Source: Candidatus Omnitrophota bacterium
GTDB taxonomy: Bacteria > Omnitrophota > Gorgyraeia > Duberdicusellales > 4484-171
Assembly: GCA_043823745.1 (NCBI GenBank)
Contig: JBDRAN010000003.1
Coordinates: 66,958-130,957 of the forward strand
Direction: 5' to 3'
Length of the DNA: 64,000 bases
Shown here: positions 40,112 through 52,159 of the stretch, piece by piece
How positions within the stretch are numbered: the stretch's first letter is position 1
Layout of the letters: the number at the start of each line of letters is the position of its first letter
Notes under the pieces: generated by a model
Databases searched by the model: none
What the model was told of the DNA's origin: nothing
Seen by the model: only the letters and a program-made list of their open reading frames with translations
Position numbers and translations under genes: made by a program

Positions 40112-40513
40112 TTACTTTCCTTTCTTAATGGTTTTTCGAGCCGGGGTACTGCTGGCTGCCCTCGACTTCACATCAATAATTTTCTCGGTGGTATCTAACT
40201 CAACCAATACATGTGCCGTCCGTCGACGGATCGCACCAGCTCTACCAAAACTCATTGCCTTAAAACGCTTCAGCATCGGGCCGCCATCAGCGGTAACTTT
40301 CGATATAACCAATGATTCCGGCTCATGGCCCTTCTGCTTGGCATTTGCCACTGCTGACTTTATTATTTTTGCCAGCATCCACGCGCCCTTTTGATTCATC
40401 TGCGCCAGAAAGTCTAACGCGACGGTAGCGGACTTACCGCGTACCAAGTCTATAACCTGACGGATCTTAAACGGTGAAACTCGTAAATATCGTGCGTGCG
40501 CGCGCGTTATCAT
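40112..40513 (-). CDS. rplV: 50S ribosomal protein L22
   Basis: 133 aa. Confidence 0.85.
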   Translation of the reverse strand: MITRAHARYLRVSPFKIRQVIDLVRGKSATVALDFLAQMNQKGAWMLAKIIKSAVANAKQKGHEPESLVISKVTADGGPMLKRFKAMSFGRAGAIRRRTAHVLVELDTTEKIIDVKSRAASSTPARKTIKKGK

Positions 40514-40531
40514 AGGTATACTCTTCTATCG

Positions 40532-40819
40532 TTAGGTTTTTTCCTCTGCCTTCTTTACTCTAATGCCGCCATGCTGGCGAAATGTTCTGGTGGGAGCAAA
40601 CTCTCCCAGTCGATGGCCCACCATGTTTTCAGTGATAAACACCGGCACATGCTTTCTCCCGTCATGCACCGCAATGGTAAGACCGACAAATTCAGGCGTA
40701 ATAACCGAAGGCCGGGACCATGTTTTAATCGGTTTACGCTCCGAAGAGCCTTTTGCTCTAAGAACTTTCTTAAGCAGTTTCTCCTGAATAAAAGGGCCTT
40801 TTTTTAATGAACGGCTCAT
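40532..40819 (-). CDS. rpsS: 30S ribosomal protein S19
   Basis: 95 aa. Confidence 0.9.
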   Translation of the reverse strand: MSRSLKKGPFIQEKLLKKVLRAKGSSERKPIKTWSRPSVITPEFVGLTIAVHDGRKHVPVFITENMVGHRLGEFAPTRTFRQHGGIRVKKAEEKT

Positions 40820-40823
40820 GGTA

Positions 40824-41657
40824 TTACTTTCTCCTCTTCACAATATATTTATTGCTTAAATTCTTCGGACGTCTTGTTTTCCCGCCTTTTGCGGGCTGCC
40901 CCCATGGTGAAACCGGATGAGGGTTACCCTGCCCGGCCTTACCTTCACCGCCTCCATGAGAGTGATCCACCGGATTCATCGCTAAACCACGTACGGTAGG
41001 ACGAATCCCTAACCAACGCGTTCGTCCGGCTTTTCCCGAAATAAATGAAGAATGCTCAATAAGACCAACTTGCCCTACCGTCGCACGGCAGTCAAGTTTA
41101 ACTAACCGTATTTCCCCGGAAGGCATTTTAAGTTGCGCAAGGCCGGCATCTTTAGCCATAACCTGCGCCCAACTCCCGGCGCTACGAACCATCACGCCGC
41201 CTCTTCCCGGTTGAAGCTCAATGTTATGCACGAGTGTCCCCAGCGGCATATGCTTAAGCCTCATGGCATTGCCGGGCTTTATATCGACCTGACTGTCGGA
41301 GGCGCTGGTAACCTTGTCGCTGACCGCAAGCTTGTCGGGCCAAATAATATAACGCCTCTCTTTGTCGGGATATTCGATCAGCGCGATACGTCCGGTGCGA
41401 TTCGGGTCATATTCAATGGCAAGCACATTACCTTCAACGTCAAATTTATCGCGCTTAAAATCAATTAAACGATAGCGCTGCTTATGGCCTCCGCCGCGGT
41501 GACGCAGCGTGATCCTGCCGCGATTATTTCTACCGCCACTTTTATGCGCGCTATGCGTTAATGATTTTTCCGGACGATCTTTGGTGATTTCCGAAAAATC
41601 AGGGCTGACCTTGAAGCGCTGTATCGGCGTCAGTGGCTTAAATGTTTTAATTCCCAT
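40824..41657 (-). CDS. rplB: 50S ribosomal protein L2
   Basis: 277 aa. Confidence 0.9.
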   Translation of the reverse strand: MGIKTFKPLTPIQRFKVSPDFSEITKDRPEKSLTHSAHKSGGRNNRGRITLRHRGGGHKQRYRLIDFKRDKFDVEGNVLAIEYDPNRTGRIALIEYPDKERRYIIWPDKLAVSDKVTSASDSQVDIKPGNAMRLKHMPLGTLVHNIELQPGRGGVMVRSAGSWAQVMAKDAGLAQLKMPSGEIRLVKLDCRATVGQVGLIEHSSFISGKAGRTRWLGIRPTVRGLAMNPVDHSHGGGEGKAGQGNPHPVSPWGQPAKGGKTRRPKNLSNKYIVKRRK

Positions 41658-41666
41658 AATAATTCC

Positions 41667-41957
41667 TTAGGTAAATTTTATCTCGGAACCTTCCTTCAAT
41701 GTTACAATCGCCTTTTTCCATGAAGCGGTTTTTCCTGCTTGCCAGCGTACGCGCTTTGTTTTACCTTTGACAATCATGCAATTAACATCGTTGACCTTAA
41801 CATTATACACTTTCTCAACTGCCCGCCTTATATCGATCTTGTTTGCCCGTTTATCGACCAGAAACATGTACTTACGCAACGGATTAAGCGCTGCAACTTT
41901 TTCGGTAATAAGCGGTGCCTTTATAATTGAATACAGTGTATCGTTTATTTGACCCAT
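41667..41957 (-). CDS. rplW: 50S ribosomal protein L23
   Basis: 96 aa. Confidence 0.85.
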   Translation of the reverse strand: MGQINDTLYSIIKAPLITEKVAALNPLRKYMFLVDKRANKIDIRRAVEKVYNVKVNDVNCMIVKGKTKRVRWQAGKTASWKKAIVTLKEGSEIKFT

Positions 41958-42622
41958 TTTTCTACCCTTGCCTGGACTTCCTCGATCGCCCCTTTTGTAA
42001 ATACTAATTGTTTGCAGTTAAGGACCTCATAGGTCGTTAGATCTTTGGCCAGCGTAAACTGAACTTTCTGAATATTGCGAGACGCCCGACGCACGACACT
42101 ATCCCAGGCGCTTACGATAAAACGCGCGACTAAATCCTCTAATTTCAGGTTTTTAACCACCCCAAAAAACTCTTTCGTTTTAGGAGTCTTGAGCGCGATG
42201 CCTTCAAGCACTACAATCTCGTTATCTCGCAATTTAGCGTTTAATGCGCTCTTTAAAGCGTTGACCTTCATGCGCTGCGGTAACTCAGTGTAAAACGAAT
42301 GCGGTCGAGGACCAAAGGTAATACCGCCCTTGCGCCATAAAGGAGAACGGGTTGAACCCACACGGGCCTGTCCTGTTCCTTTCTGGCGCCACGGTTTTCT
42401 CCCGCCGCCGCGAACCTCACCGCGCGTTTTCGTATGCGCAAGGCCACGACGTTGATTCGCAAGGTAAGCCACGACTGCCTGACGCATCAGGGAGTCGCTT
42501 GTTTTCCCGTCAAAGACACGCTCGTTTAAATCGAACACGCCTACTTTTTTACCCTGCGTATTGAGCATATCAATACGCAGGGAGTATTCCGTTTTGTTCT
42601 TTCGTGCTGATTTCTCAACCAT
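41945..42622 (-). CDS. rplD: 50S ribosomal protein L4
   Basis: start set at MVEKSARK (alternative MLNTQGKK at 42568); KPWRQKGTGQAR motif; the 317-aa ORF-track version runs through rplC and is rejected. Confidence 0.8.
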   Translation of the reverse strand: MVEKSARKNKTEYSLRIDMLNTQGKKVGVFDLNERVFDGKTSDSLMRQAVVAYLANQRRGLAHTKTRGEVRGGGRKPWRQKGTGQARVGSTRSPLWRKGGITFGPRPHSFYTELPQRMKVNALKSALNAKLRDNEIVVLEGIALKTPKTKEFFGVVKNLKLEDLVARFIVSAWDSVVRRASRNIQKVQFTLAKDLTTYEVLNCKQLVFTKGAIEEVQARVEKWVK

Positions 42623-42636
42623 GGTATTTTCGTTCG

Positions 42637-43281
42637 TTAGGCAGCCTGGGACACCGTTGCGACTTTCTGCCGCTTCACCTTTAAAACTGTTCCTCTTGAC
42701 CCAGGCACACCACCTTCGATAAAAAGGAGACTCTTCTCCTTGTCGATTTTCATTACGCGTAGGTTGCGAATCGTCTGATATTCGTCTCCATAATGACCCG
42801 GCATCCGATGCCCACGCACGACACGCCCGGGATCGGTGTTGGCGCCGTTGGAGCCGATGCGCCGATGCGTCATTGACCCATGCGCCTGCGGGCCGCAACT
42901 CCAGTTATGACGCTTTATGCCGCCCGTAAACCCCCGGCCTTTTATTTTTCCGCGCACATCAACAATATCACCCTCATTAAACATTTCAACGCCGATTTCC
43001 TTCTTCGCCTCGATGTCTCCCGTCGTTGCCACTTCACAAACCATTTTATAGGCGCTCACGCCAAGTTTTTTAAAATAGCCTGCCTCGGGTTTTCTCACGC
43101 GGTTTACACGATCCTCGCGCACCTTAAAACAGCCGATCTTTGCGGCTGCGCGCCCGGAATACTCTTTTTTCTCAAGGATACAGACCGGCTCAACTTCGAG
43201 CACCGTTACGCCGATCATATCGCCCGTATCCCTAAAAATCTGCGTCATTCCTATTTTTTTTCCGAAAATTTCTTTTAACAT
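42637..43281 (-). CDS. rplC: 50S ribosomal protein L3
   Basis: start set at MLKEIFGKKIGMTQIF. Confidence 0.85.
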   Translation of the reverse strand: MLKEIFGKKIGMTQIFRDTGDMIGVTVLEVEPVCILEKKEYSGRAAAKIGCFKVREDRVNRVRKPEAGYFKKLGVSAYKMVCEVATTGDIEAKKEIGVEMFNEGDIVDVRGKIKGRGFTGGIKRHNWSCGPQAHGSMTHRRIGSNGANTDPGRVVRGHRMPGHYGDEYQTIRNLRVMKIDKEKSLLFIEGGVPGSRGTVLKVKRQKVATVSQAA

Positions 43282-43386
43282 ATCAAACCTATATCCCTCT
43301 GTTTGACTACGCTCATTACGCTTGATTTGCCGCGGCACGCCTGCAACAAGACAGGAGTTAAAAGCGGAATTGTGCGGTAATTTGCG

Positions 43387-43695
43387 CTAGACTTCCTGTT
43401 TTATTTCGACATTCACTCCAGCAGGAAGATTAAGTTTTCGCAACGCGTCGATAGTCTTGGGTGTCGGATTATCCAGATCAACAATACGCTTGTGCACCGC
43501 AAGCATAAACTGCTCTCTGGATTTCTTATCGATGTTCGTCGAACGGTTAACGGTATAAATCTTCTTCTGCGTCGGAAGCGGAATGGGTCCGCTGATCGTA
43601 GCACCGGTGCGCAGCGCTACCTCTACAATTTCCTGCGTTGACTGATCCAGGATGCGATGGTCAAATGCCTTGAGTTTTATGCGTAACTTTAACAT
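43387..43695 (-). CDS. rpsJ: 30S ribosomal protein S10
   Basis: start set at [17 protein letters not shown]. Confidence 0.85.
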   Translation of the reverse strand: MLKLRIKLKAFDHRILDQSTQEIVEVALRTGATISGPIPLPTQKKIYTVNRSTNIDKKSREQFMLAVHKRIVDLDNPTPKTIDALRKLNLPAGVNVEIKQEV

Positions 43696-43756
43696 AGCAC
43701 AGTCTCTATACATCGCGGGCCGCTCTATCGAGTGGCCTGAGATCTCCTCCTCACGT

Positions 43757-44974
43757 TTACTTTACCACCTGCGTCACAACGCCGGCGCCGACGGTCTTTC
43801 CGCCTTCACGGATAGCGAAGCGTGATTCTTTCTCAAGCGCAACCGGCTGAATCAATTCCACTTCAAGCTCAACGTTATCGCCGGGCATCACCATCTCAGC
43901 ACCCTGCGGCAGCGTCACCGAACCGGTAACGTCCGTGGTTCTGAAATAAAATTGCGGACGGTAATTCGCAAAAAACGGCGTGTGCCTGCCGCCTTCCTCT
44001 TTCTTTAAGGCGTAAATCTGCGCTTTAAACTTGGTGTGCGGCGTAATGGAACCCGGTATTGCCGCGACCATTCCTCTCTCGACGTCATTCTTTTCAACGC
44101 CGCGTAGAAGTAATCCAACGTTATCGCCGGCCTGTCCTTCATCAAGAAGCTTTCGAAACATCTCAACGCCGGTAACAATCGTTTTCTTGGTTTCGGGGCG
44201 AAGACCGATGAGTTCAATTTCTTCGCCGGTTTTAATCTTTCCGCGCTCGATTCTTCCGGTTACAACCGTACCACGTCCTGAAATCGAAAATACATCTTCA
44301 ATTGCCATAAGAAACGGCTTATCTGTTTCTCTTTTTGGAGTAGGAATATACTCATCGACCTTGCTCATGAGCTCAAGAATGGGCTTGCAATTGGCGCACT
44401 CGTCTTTACCACAGCCACATGAGAGCGCCTTGAAGGCAGCACCGCGTACAACCGGAATGTCCTTGCCGGGATATTCAAATTTAGTCAAGAGATCACGTAC
44501 CTCAATCTCGACAAGCTCAACAAGCTCCGCGTCATCCATTAAATCAACCTTATTGATAAACACCACAATTGCGGGAACATTAACCTGACGCGCAAGAAGA
44601 ATATGTTCCCTGGTCTGCGGCATCGGTCCATCAACGGCAGAGACAACCAGGATCGCGCCGTCCATCTGAGCTGCTCCCGTAATCATGTTTTTGATATAGT
44701 CAGCATGCCCGGGGCAATCTATGTGCGCGTAATGACGCTTATCAGTCTCATATTCAACGTGAGCAATCGCAATGGTAAGAATTTTCGTCTCATCGCGGCG
44801 ACCCTGCGATTCTGACGCTTTCGCAACCTGATCATACGGAATAAACGTAGCCAGACCCCGTCCTGCCATTACCTTGGTAATCGCGGCGGTGAGCGTGGTC
44901 TTCCCGTGATCAACGTGCCCGATCGTTCCAACGTTTACGTGCGGTTTACTTCTTACAAATTTCTCTTTTGCCAT
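43757..44974 (-). CDS. tuf: elongation factor Tu, with an unusual CxCx4CxxC insertion in domain I
   Basis: 405 aa; [18 protein letters not shown]; insertion [20 protein letters not shown] where E. coli has ALEGDAEWEAKILEL. Confidence 0.9.
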   Translation of the reverse strand: MAKEKFVRSKPHVNVGTIGHVDHGKTTLTAAITKVMAGRGLATFIPYDQVAKASESQGRRDETKILTIAIAHVEYETDKRHYAHIDCPGHADYIKNMITGAAQMDGAILVVSAVDGPMPQTREHILLARQVNVPAIVVFINKVDLMDDAELVELVEIEVRDLLTKFEYPGKDIPVVRGAAFKALSCGCGKDECANCKPILELMSKVDEYIPTPKRETDKPFLMAIEDVFSISGRGTVVTGRIERGKIKTGEEIELIGLRPETKKTIVTGVEMFRKLLDEGQAGDNVGLLLRGVEKNDVERGMVAAIPGSITPHTKFKAQIYALKKEEGGRHTPFFANYRPQFYFRTTDVTGSVTLPQGAEMVMPGDNVELEVELIQPVALEKESRFAIREGGKTVGAGVVTQVVK

Positions 44975-45037
44975 GGATACACCTCCTTGTTAAAATAAGG
45001 ACGTCCTTTTTTAAACAGCGTTTGTATACGTTTTTAC

Positions 45038-47096
45038 CTACATACCCAGTATCTTAGCCAACATTTCTCCCGGAACTTTCTCGTAATACGAAGGTTTTAT
45101 TGTATACGAAGCTCGACCTTGTGTCAAGTTTCTTAATATATCAGCGTAATTAAAGGCTTCTGACAGCGGAACTTCGGCACGAGCGATTTTTATATTTTTT
45201 CGCTCGGAGATTGATAAAATCCGTGCGCGCCGGGCGTTAAGATCTCCTATCACCTGGCTTAAGTATTCGTTGGGAACAAGCACTTCCAACTCCATAATCG
45301 GCTCCAAAATTACCGGTCCAGCCTTACGCAGGCCATCCTTGATTGCATATTGAGCGGCGATCTTAAATGCGAGCTCGGAAGAATCAACTTCATGGTATGA
45401 GCCGTCCGTAAGCGTGACCCGCACATCAACGACCGGGTATCCGGCGAGTATGCCGCTTTCGGAAGCCTCCAGTACGCCTTCTTTAATCACCCCAAAAAAC
45501 TCTTTCGGTATGGCGCCGCCCTTTGCTTTATTTTCAAAAACAATACCCATACCTTTTTCCAGAGGCTCCATTAAAAACACGACGTGCCCGTATTGGCCAT
45601 GACCGCCGGTCTGCTGCACAAACTTTCCTATTGATTCTATTTTCCGGGTAATCGTTTCTTTATAGGCAACCTGCGGTTTACCAATTTTTGCCTGCACACT
45701 GAATTCACGCAGGAGGCGATCGACCATGATTTCAAGATGTAACTGCCCCCATACCGGAAATAATATTTTGTCCTGTTTCGCGATTGTAGGCGACCTTAAA
45801 TGATGGGTCCTCTTCTTCGAGTTTCTTAAGCCCGGCGAATAATTTTTCCTGATCAGCCTGGGTACGCGGTTCAATCGCAACAGAAACTACCGGCAACGGA
45901 AATTTAATTGCCTCCAGTATGATCGGGTTTTTTTCATCAGAAAGCGTATCGCCGGTGGTAACGTCCTTAAAACCGACTAAACATACGATATCGCCCGCGC
46001 GCGCCTCGGTAACGATTTCCTGTTTATTGGCATGCATGCGCAAAATCTTACTTACTTTTTCCTTGGTGCGCTTGGTCGCATTATAGAGGGTACCTGAAGC
46101 ACTGATAACGCCCGAATACATGCGGGTATAAAAAAGTTTACCGACAAAAGGATCGGTAAAAATCTTAAAACATAAGGCGCACAGCGGGCTTGAGGTCGAA
46201 ACTTCCCGCGTCTGGATATCTACCTCGGTACGGCCAAATCCCTTTACCGCGCCCACGTCAAGGGGCGAAGGAAGATAATCACAGATAGCATCAAGCAACA
46301 GCTGGATTCCCTTATCTTTAAGCGAGGAGCCACACAGAATCGGCACAAAACGATTTGCTAAAACATATTTTCTGATGGCCGCGATCATTTCTATTTCGGT
46401 GATTTTTGTACCCTCAATAGCCCGCTGCATAAATACATCGTCGAGTTCAGCCAGTTTCTCGATAAGCGCATCATGGTACTGCGCTGCACGCTCCTGCATA
46501 TGTTCGGGGATGCTTTTGACGACAACGTCGGTTCCATGCTCATTCTCAAAATACACCGCTTTATTTTTGATAAGGTCAATTACCCCGACGAATTCATCGT
46601 TCTCATAAAGCGGAAGATGCACCGGAACGACTAAGGTATTAAGTTTCTCTTTCATGTCAGCCAGCACCATATAAAAATCAGCGCCGGTGCGATCCATCTT
46701 ATTGATAAAAGCAACTTTAGGAACATGATACCTGTCTGCCTGATGCCATACGGTTTCTGACTGCGGCTCAACGCCGCCAACGGCACAAAAAATTACCACC
46801 ACGCCGTCAAGTACTTTTAAGCTTCGTTCAACCTCAACGGTAAAATCAATATGGCCGGGGGTATCGATAATATTAATATGATGTTTTTTCCAGGTACAAT
46901 AGGTTGCGGCGCTGGTAATCGTAATCCCGCGTTCGCGCTCCTGAACCATCCAATCCGTAACAGTCGTGCCAGAATCCACTTCACCGATCTTATAGGTACG
47001 CCCTGTATAAAATAAACATCGCTCGGTGGTCGTGGTCTTACCGGCATCAATGTGAGCCACAAATCCAATATTACGTATCGCTTCTAATTCCTTCAT
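45038..47096 (-). CDS. fusA: elongation factor G, reading frame interrupted by a 1-nt frameshift at a C5/G5 homopolymer (45746-45750)
   Basis: two overlapping ORFs (45732..47177 and 45038..45880) both EF-G; junction inside IISGMG(E/Q)LHLEI; start set at [12 protein letters not shown] (47096), uncertain. Confidence 0.8.
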
Positions 47097-47170
47097 TGAA
47101 TACGCTGTCTGGTTATTATTACCGCCGATGGCACGATCGCGGCTATCACATACTACTGTCATTGTTGTCA

Positions 47171-47638
47171 TTACCACTTAAAGTGAGCAAACGCCCGGTT
47201 CGATTCTGCCATCTTGTGGGTGTCTTCTCGTTTCTTGATCAATGTTCCTTCATTTTTATAGGCCGCCATAATCTCTTCGGCAAGCTTAACCCGCATGGGC
47301 TTTCCTTTTTTACCAGTTGCAAGGTCCCTGATCCAGCGCAGCGCAATACCAATACCGCGGTCCTGAGGAACCTCCATGGGAACCTGATAGGTGGCGCCAC
47401 CGATACGACGGGGCCTGGTTTCAAGGCGCGGCCGCGCGTTATCGACTGCTGTAAAGAAAATTTTCAGTGGGTCCTCTTTTGTTTTTTCGGCAATCATATC
47501 AAAAGAATCATAAATAATTCCCTGCGCAAGGCTCTTTTTGCCGTCCTGCATGATAATATTGACAAACTGGCCAACGACCGGCGAATTATATTTTGGATCA
47601 GTTCCTTTTTTTCGTTTTGGCGCTCTATGTCTCCTCAT
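47171..47638 (-). CDS. rpsG: 30S ribosomal protein S7
   Basis: 155 aa. Confidence 0.9.
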   Translation of the reverse strand: MRRHRAPKRKKGTDPKYNSPVVGQFVNIIMQDGKKSLAQGIIYDSFDMIAEKTKEDPLKIFFTAVDNARPRLETRPRRIGGATYQVPMEVPQDRGIGIALRWIRDLATGKKGKPMRVKLAEEIMAAYKNEGTLIKKREDTHKMAESNRAFAHFKW

Positions 47639-47656
47639 GTGTCACTCCTTAATTCT

Positions 47657-47734
47657 CCCGGCGCATACGCCGGGAAATTAACCCCGAAGCCTTTCCGGAA
47701 AATTTATCAGATCTTTTGATTGATAAATTTTCCG
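47657..47734 (-). promoter_or_regulatory. two hairpins in the rpsL-rpsG intercistronic region (candidate S7 translational operator)
   Basis: CCCGGCG-cata-CGCCGGG (47657-47674) directly upstream of the rpsG ribosome-binding site AAGGAG; 14-bp inverted repeat CGGAAAATTTATCA/TGATAAATTTTCCG (47696-47734). Confidence 0.3.
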
Positions 47735-47757
47735 CATATAAAGAGGCAAGGGGTATA

Positions 47758-48144
47758 CTATTGTTCATAATGCTTTAGGCCTCTCTTCGCTCCATATTTT
47801 GAGCGCGAACGTTTCCGGTTCTGCACTCCCTGACAGTCATAGGTCCCGCGTACAATATGATAGCGCACGCCGGGCAGATCTTTAACGCGTCCGCCGCGTA
47901 CCAGCACGATCGAATGCTCCTGAAGATTGTGGCCCTCGCCCGGAATATATGATGTTACTTCCTCGTGATTCGTAAGGCGAACGCGTGCAATTTTCCGCAA
48001 CGCGGAATTAGGCTTTTTAGGTGTCATCGTTTTAACCTGAATGCATACGCCGCGCCTCTGGGGCGCCTGGTGCAGGGCCGGGGACTTGCTTCCTCTTTTT
48101 TTCAATAATCGTGGCTTACGTAATAACTGCGTTATTGTTGGCAT
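47758..48144 (-). CDS. rpsL: 30S ribosomal protein S12
   Basis: 128 aa; [10 protein letters not shown]...KKPNSALRK. Confidence 0.9.
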   Translation of the reverse strand: MPTITQLLRKPRLLKKRGSKSPALHQAPQRRGVCIQVKTMTPKKPNSALRKIARVRLTNHEEVTSYIPGEGHNLQEHSIVLVRGGRVKDLPGVRYHIVRGTYDCQGVQNRKRSRSKYGAKRGLKHYEQ

Positions 48145-51100
48145 AGTTCCACCTCAACCTCCCGATAAGCCTTTAGTCCCGTTCCTGCCGGGATAAGATG
48201 GCCTACGATAACATTCTCTTTTAATCCCTGTAATTCATCAACCTTGCCGCTCGCCGCCGCCTCAGCTAAAACACGAGTTGTTTCCTGAAAGCTCGCCGCC
48301 GAGATAAAACTCTTGGTACTTAATGATGCCTTCGTGATACCTAACAGGAGCGGCGATGCAGTCGCAGGCTTTCCGCCTTTCTTGATCACCCGTTCATTTT
48401 CGTTGCGAAAATCCCATTTATCAATAGCTTCACCCGGTAAAAATCCTGTATCTCCTGATTCGACGATACGAATTTTTTTAAGCATTTCGCGGATAATAAC
48501 CTCAATATGTTTATCGTTAATTTTAACGCCCTGAAGACGATAGACTTCCTGAACTTCATTCACCAGGTACTCCTGAAGCACTTTATCGCCGCACACACGT
48601 AAAATATCCTGCAGGACCGTCGGGCCTTCAGTTAGCTGCTCTCCGGCAACAACAGTATCGCCGCGATAGACAATCGGGTGTCTGCCTGCGGGTATATCAT
48701 ACTCACGCGTCATGCCCGTTGGCGAACGCACAATAATCTGTCGCTCTCCCTTTTCTTCCTTGAATTCGACAAAACCGTCAATTTCGCTAATAACTGAAGG
48801 GTTCTTGGGTCTGCGTGCTTCAAAAAGCTCGGCTACGCGCGGAAGACCGCCGGTAATATCTCGAGTTTTCGCCACAAGCCGCGGGGTCTTGGCGATGACA
48901 TCGCCCGCCTGGACAGCAGCACCATCTTCAATCATAATATGCGCTCCGGTAGGAAGCGAGTAAATTCCGGCAACTTCGTCTTTGTCGGAAAGAATCACCA
49001 GTTGCGGGTGATAATCTCCCTTAAAATCAACAACCACACGCTCTTTTCTTTGTGTGGTTATATTCATTTCCTCTTGTATGGATATTTTATCAATAATATC
49101 CTCGTATTTTAATTTGCCGGAAACTTCGGTTAAAATGGGCGATGAGTAAGGATCCCATCTCACAAAGATTTTATCTTTCTCGACGCGCTCGCCGTCAACA
49201 ATCAAAACAAAAGAACCTTGCGGCACAGGGTTTCTCTGCAACTCGATTCCCCGGTCATCACTGATCGTAATCATACCGTTACGGTTGAGCGTAACAAATT
49301 GTTTTCCCTGCGCGACAACTTTAATGCCGTGATACTTGACCGTTCCCGCCTCTTTCGATTTTATGAACGCGCGCTCGGCGACTCGCGAAGCGGTACCTCC
49401 GATATGAAACGTCCTCATGGTAAGCTGCGTTCCCGGCTCACCGATAGACTGCGCACCGATAACACCGACCGCCTCACCGATCTCAACAAGCTTTCCGGTA
49501 GCCAAGTTCCGCCCGTAACATTTAGCGCAGACACCGCGCTCTGCTTCGCAGGTTAATACGCTGCGGATACGAATCTTCTCTAAACCGAGGCGTTCAATCT
49601 TCTCCGCTTTTTCCTCGTTGATTTCCTCGCCGGCTTTCACCACCACTTCATCGCTGACCACATCAACGATATTGTCAAGCGCCATACGGCCGATAATACG
49701 TTCTTTAAGAGAAACAACGACTTCATCCCCTTCGACAATTTCAGCAACCGTAATACCATTAACCGTGCCGCAATCGGGAAGAATAATTATTACTTCCTGC
49801 GCCACATCAACAAGACGTCGTGTAAGATACCCTGCATCCGCTGTTTTAAGCGCGGTATCAGCAAGGCCTTTTCGGGCGCCATGCGTTGAAATGAAGTATT
49901 CGAGCACCGTAAGACCTTCTTTAAAATTTGACGTAATGGGGGTTTCGATAATTTCACCGGAGGGCTTTGCCATAAGGCCGCGCATTCCGGCAAGCTGACG
50001 AACCTGAAGTTTCGAGCCGCGAGCACCGGAGTCAGCCATCATGAAAATAGGGTTAAACGTATCCATATTCTTAAATACATACTCGGAAACGCGATCAGTC
50101 GTCCTGGTCCAGACGTCGATGATCTTGTTATGACGTTCGCGTTCGGTGATGATACCTTTTTTATATTGATCCTCAACGCGCGCCAACTCGTCGTTGGCAT
50201 CATCAAGTACCTCTTTTTTCTGTTCAGGAATATGCAAATCAGTAATCGAAATGCTTACTCCGCCAAGCGTGGCATACTCAAACCCCAAATCTTTAATTTT
50301 ATCAAGCAACAAAATAGTTTCGGCGTGGCCAAACTGTTTATGGCATCCGGCGATAACCTCTGAGACATCTTTTTTACCTAATGTTTTATTGACATAGGGA
50401 AAACCCTTGGGAAGAATCTGGTTAAAAATAGAACGCCCGACCGTGGTCTCAATGATTTTCGTTTTACCAGACTCTTCAATGCGCAACTTAATCTTCGCAT
50501 GTAGCTCAGCTTCATCATCTTGATAGGCAGTCATAACCTCTTCGTAGGAAGAAAAAATAATCCCTTCTCCGATCGCCCCCGGTTTCTCAAGCGTAAGGTA
50601 CCGACACCCAATAATCATATCCTGGCTTGGCGTGATAATTGGCCTGCCGTCAGCAGTTGAAAAAATATTATTGACTGAAAGCATGAGAAGTTTTGCTTCA
50701 GCTTGGGCTTCAAGAGAAAGCGGCACGTGCACCGCCATCTGGTCACCGTCAAAGTCCGCGTTAAACGGGGCGCACACCAGCGGATGCAGCTTGATCGCCT
50801 TGCCTTCAACGAGAATCGGGTAAAATGCCTGGATACTTAAACGATGAAGCGTCGGCGCGCGGTTCAGTAACACTGGATGGCCGCTGATCACTTCTTCTAA
50901 AATATCCCATACTTCAACGCGGGCGCGCTCAACCATGCGCCGGGCGCCTTTTATCGTATGCACAAAACCTTTCTCGCGCAGCTTCTTAATGATAAACGGC
51001 TCGAACAATTCAAGCGCCATCTGCTGCGGAATACCGCACTGATGAAGTTTGAGTTCAGGCCCGACTACGATAACGCTGCGTCCGGAATAATCAACGCGTT

Positions 51101-52103
51101 TTCCTAAAAGATTCTGACGGAAACGACCTTGCTTGCCCTTAAGCATATCGGAAAGACTCTTTAAGGGCCTATTCTGCGGACCCATCACCGGACGTCCATG
51201 ACGACCGTTCTCCAAAATAGCATCAACCGCTTCCTGAAGCATTCTTTTTTCATTACGCACGATAATATCAGGCGCCCCCAAAGACATAAGTTTCTTTAAG
51301 CGGTTGTTTCTATTGATCACTCTGCGGTATAAATCATTAAGATCGGATGACGCAAACCTGCCGCCCTCAAGCGGAACGAGCGGGCGTAAATCGGGCGGAA
51401 TAACCGGAAGTATCTCAATCACCATCCATTCCGGTCGATTTCCTGAGCGACGCAAGTCTTCGGTTATTTTTAAGCGCTTTAAATGGCGCTTGTTGGCGGC
51501 GCTGGTAGAGTCCTCGAGGTCTTTACGTATATTTTTTGAAAGTTTATCCAGATCGACTTCTTTTAAAAGATCGCGAATCGCTTCCGCGCCGATTTTTGCC
51601 ACAAAATTGTTATTAAACTCTTTCAACCCGTTACGGTATTCTTCTTCGTTTAAAAGCTCGCCTTTTTTAAATTTCGATACACCCGGATCAATAACGATAT
51701 GTTCCTCGTAATAAATAACTTTTTCAAGTTCCTTGATGCTTAAATCAAGGATTGCGCCGATACGCGAAGAAATAACCTTAAAAAACCAAATATGCGTGGC
51801 GCACGCGGCAAGATCAATATGCCCCATCCGCTGGCGTCGCACCGATGAGTGTAAGACCTCAACCCCGCAGCGATCACACTTGGTACCCTTAAACTTAATA
51901 CCTTTAAGTTTCCCGCAATGGCATTCCCAATCTTTAATCGGACCAAAAATCTTCTCACAAAATAAACCGTCCTTCTCCGGTTTCAAGGTCCGGTAATTAA
52001 GCGTCTCTGCCTTTTTGACTTCCCCTGAGGACCAACTCTTTATGGTCCCCGGTGCGGCCAATCGTATGGTTATGCGGTCAAAAAAGCTTGTTTCTTCAAT
52101 CAT
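48132..52103 (-). CDS. rpoC: DNA-directed RNA polymerase beta' subunit
   Basis: 1323 aa; NADFDGD catalytic motif, zinc-binding Cys cluster near N-terminus. Confidence 0.95.
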   Translation of the reverse strand: MIEETSFFDRITIRLAAPGTIKSWSSGEVKKAETLNYRTLKPEKDGLFCEKIFGPIKDWECHCGKLKGIKFKGTKCDRCGVEVLHSSVRRQRMGHIDLAACATHIWFFKVISSRIGAILDLSIKELEKVIYYEEHIVIDPGVSKFKKGELLNEEEYRNGLKEFNNNFVAKIGAEAIRDLLKEVDLDKLSKNIRKDLEDSTSAANKRHLKRLKITEDLRRSGNRPEWMVIEILPVIPPDLRPLVPLEGGRFASSDLNDLYRRVINRNNRLKKLMSLGAPDIIVRNEKRMLQEAVDAILENGRHGRPVMGPQNRPLKSLSDMLKGKQGRFRQNLLGKRVDYSGRSVIVVGPELKLHQCGIPQQMALELFEPFIIKKLREKGFVHTIKGARRMVERARVEVWDILEEVISGHPVLLNRAPTLHRLSIQAFYPILVEGKAIKLHPLVCAPFNADFDGDQMAVHVPLSLEAQAEAKLLMLSVNNIFSTADGRPIITPSQDMIIGCRYLTLEKPGAIGEGIIFSSYEEVMTAYQDDEAELHAKIKLRIEESGKTKIIETTVGRSIFNQILPKGFPYVNKTLGKKDVSEVIAGCHKQFGHAETILLLDKIKDLGFEYATLGGVSISITDLHIPEQKKEVLDDANDELARVEDQYKKGIITERERHNKIIDVWTRTTDRVSEYVFKNMDTFNPIFMMADSGARGSKLQVRQLAGMRGLMAKPSGEIIETPITSNFKEGLTVLEYFISTHGARKGLADTALKTADAGYLTRRLVDVAQEVIIILPDCGTVNGITVAEIVEGDEVVVSLKERIIGRMALDNIVDVVSDEVVVKAGEEINEEKAEKIERLGLEKIRIRSVLTCEAERGVCAKCYGRNLATGKLVEIGEAVGVIGAQSIGEPGTQLTMRTFHIGGTASRVAERAFIKSKEAGTVKYHGIKVVAQGKQFVTLNRNGMITISDDRGIELQRNPVPQGSFVLIVDGERVEKDKIFVRWDPYSSPILTEVSGKLKYEDIIDKISIQEEMNITTQRKERVVVDFKGDYHPQLVILSDKDEVAGIYSLPTGAHIMIEDGAAVQAGDVIAKTPRLVAKTRDITGGLPRVAELFEARRPKNPSVISEIDGFVEFKEEKGERQIIVRSPTGMTREYDIPAGRHPIVYRGDTVVAGEQLTEGPTVLQDILRVCGDKVLQEYLVNEVQEVYRLQGVKINDKHIEVIIREMLKKIRIVESGDTGFLPGEAIDKWDFRNENERVIKKGGKPATASPLLLGITKASLSTKSFISAASFQETTRVLAEAAASGKVDELQGLKENVIVGHLIPAGTGLKAYREVEVELCQQ

Positions 52104-52159
52104 TATTCACTCCTTCCACAGATTGTGGAACACTCAGGCCGTCCGATAGGCTGGGGTGT

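Noticed and set aside
42623-42898. Long 317-aa version of rplD
   Set aside because: The extension runs through the 3' part of rplC in another frame. The L4 homology begins at MVEKSARK / MLNTQGKK.
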